A DNA stretch of 64,000 nucleotides from an uncultured archaeon (lineage in GTDB: Archaea > Thermoproteota > Bathyarchaeia > Bathyarchaeales > Bathycorpusculaceae): the NCBI GenBank assembly GCA_963782915.1, contig CAWALK010000015.1, positions 262,792 to 326,791 of the forward strand, written 5' to 3'. The position numbers and the translations under genes are program-made. Below are positions 63,217 to 64,000 of the stretch, one piece after another. Positions within the stretch are counted from its first letter, which is position 1. Each line of letters starts with the position of its first letter. The notes beneath the pieces are model-generated. The model had not been told where the DNA came from and ran no database searches. It saw nothing but the letters and a program-made list of their open reading frames with translations.

Positions 63217-64000
63217 TTAGGGGTGAACTATCTTTTGGTTCACACGAAGAATCAAGTATTCCGCTGGCTTAGTCACTGCCACACCGATAAGCACGTTTAA
63301 TCGGCCGTTGTCGATGTCGTTTTGAGTCATGGTTGTTTTGTCGCAGTGGACAAAGTATGCTTCCTGCTGCGTTGTACCCAGTAGCATGCCGTTTTTCCAT
63401 GTTTGAGTTAGGAAATTTTGGATTTGCGTCTTCACTTTCGCCCAAGTAACCTCGTTGTTTGGCTCAAAAGTCACCCAAGCAGTCCCCTTTTTGATGGATT
63501 GCTCAAGATAAATCAGCAATCGCCGTACGCTGACGTACTTGTATTCAGGGTCGCTTGAGAGTGTTCTTGCACCCCAAACAAGCATGCCTCTGCCTTCGAA
63601 GTTGCGGATGCAGTTGATGCCCTCTGGGTTGAGGTTGTCCTGCTCGCTTTTGCTTACTGTATACTCTAAACCTATGGCGCCTTGGACTAACACATTGGCC
63701 GGTGCCTTATGAACACCCCGCTCAAAATCATTCGGGCATAAATTCCGACTATATGTCCACCGGGCGGAACCTGATACGTCTGCCCCATCCCGTTCTGCTT
63801 AACGGTAATCCATGGGTAATACAAGGCGGCATATGAGGATGCATGCGGCTTTGTGAGGTTTGTTGGGGTTTGCCCTTTTATGGAGTCGAAGATGGCGAAT
63901 CTGTTTTTGAGCCGCTCACAATGCCCAATGATTGCATCGGCAAGGCCAGCCACTGCCTGCGCGTTGGGCGAATAAATAATCGAAACCTCCTCGACCGCTT
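63217..64000 (-). CDS. Contractile phage-tail sheath protein (5' end outside window, apparent indels ~63690-63730)
   Basis: AALYYPW, VPPGGH, GINCIR..VWGARTL..YVSVRR, FEPNN, KPAEY. Confidence 0.9.

Overview
Archaeal chromosomal DNA. The aIF-1A/Rio1/KH cluster, TFS, LysW and a CCA-encoded tRNA show this directly; the gene families and frequent TTG/CTG starts fit Bathyarchaeia best (inference). Many unrelated genes are split by apparent small indels, which looks like uncorrected long-read error. Bases 1-~12.2 kb are the right part of an integrated mobile element: small ORFs, a glycosyltransferase, a primase-polymerase/PriL-like/SF3-helicase replication gene and a tyrosine integrase, lying beside a tfs gene and tRNA-Gly(GCC). 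The rest mixes housekeeping and accessory genes: lysW, minimal PolX, two IS elements, MinD/HTH cluster, VapBC, mobA, a second tfs, copB, msrA, surface proteins, a PIG-V-like mannosyltransferase, aspA/sdhAB, ABC transporters, a beta-CASP nuclease and a contractile tail-sheath gene at the right edge. Best novel signals: (1) a long leader hairpin with a pyrimidine loop, conserved in structure but not stem sequence upstream of both tfs paralogues; (2) a stand-alone ~170-nt structured RNA candidate at 29889-30061; (3) the replication protein with a PriL-like 4-Cys module; (4) two dispersed hairpin repeat families, one tied to ISH3 ends; (5) small C2H2 zinc-finger genes. All pairings and alignments were done by eye; no searches or folding programs were run.
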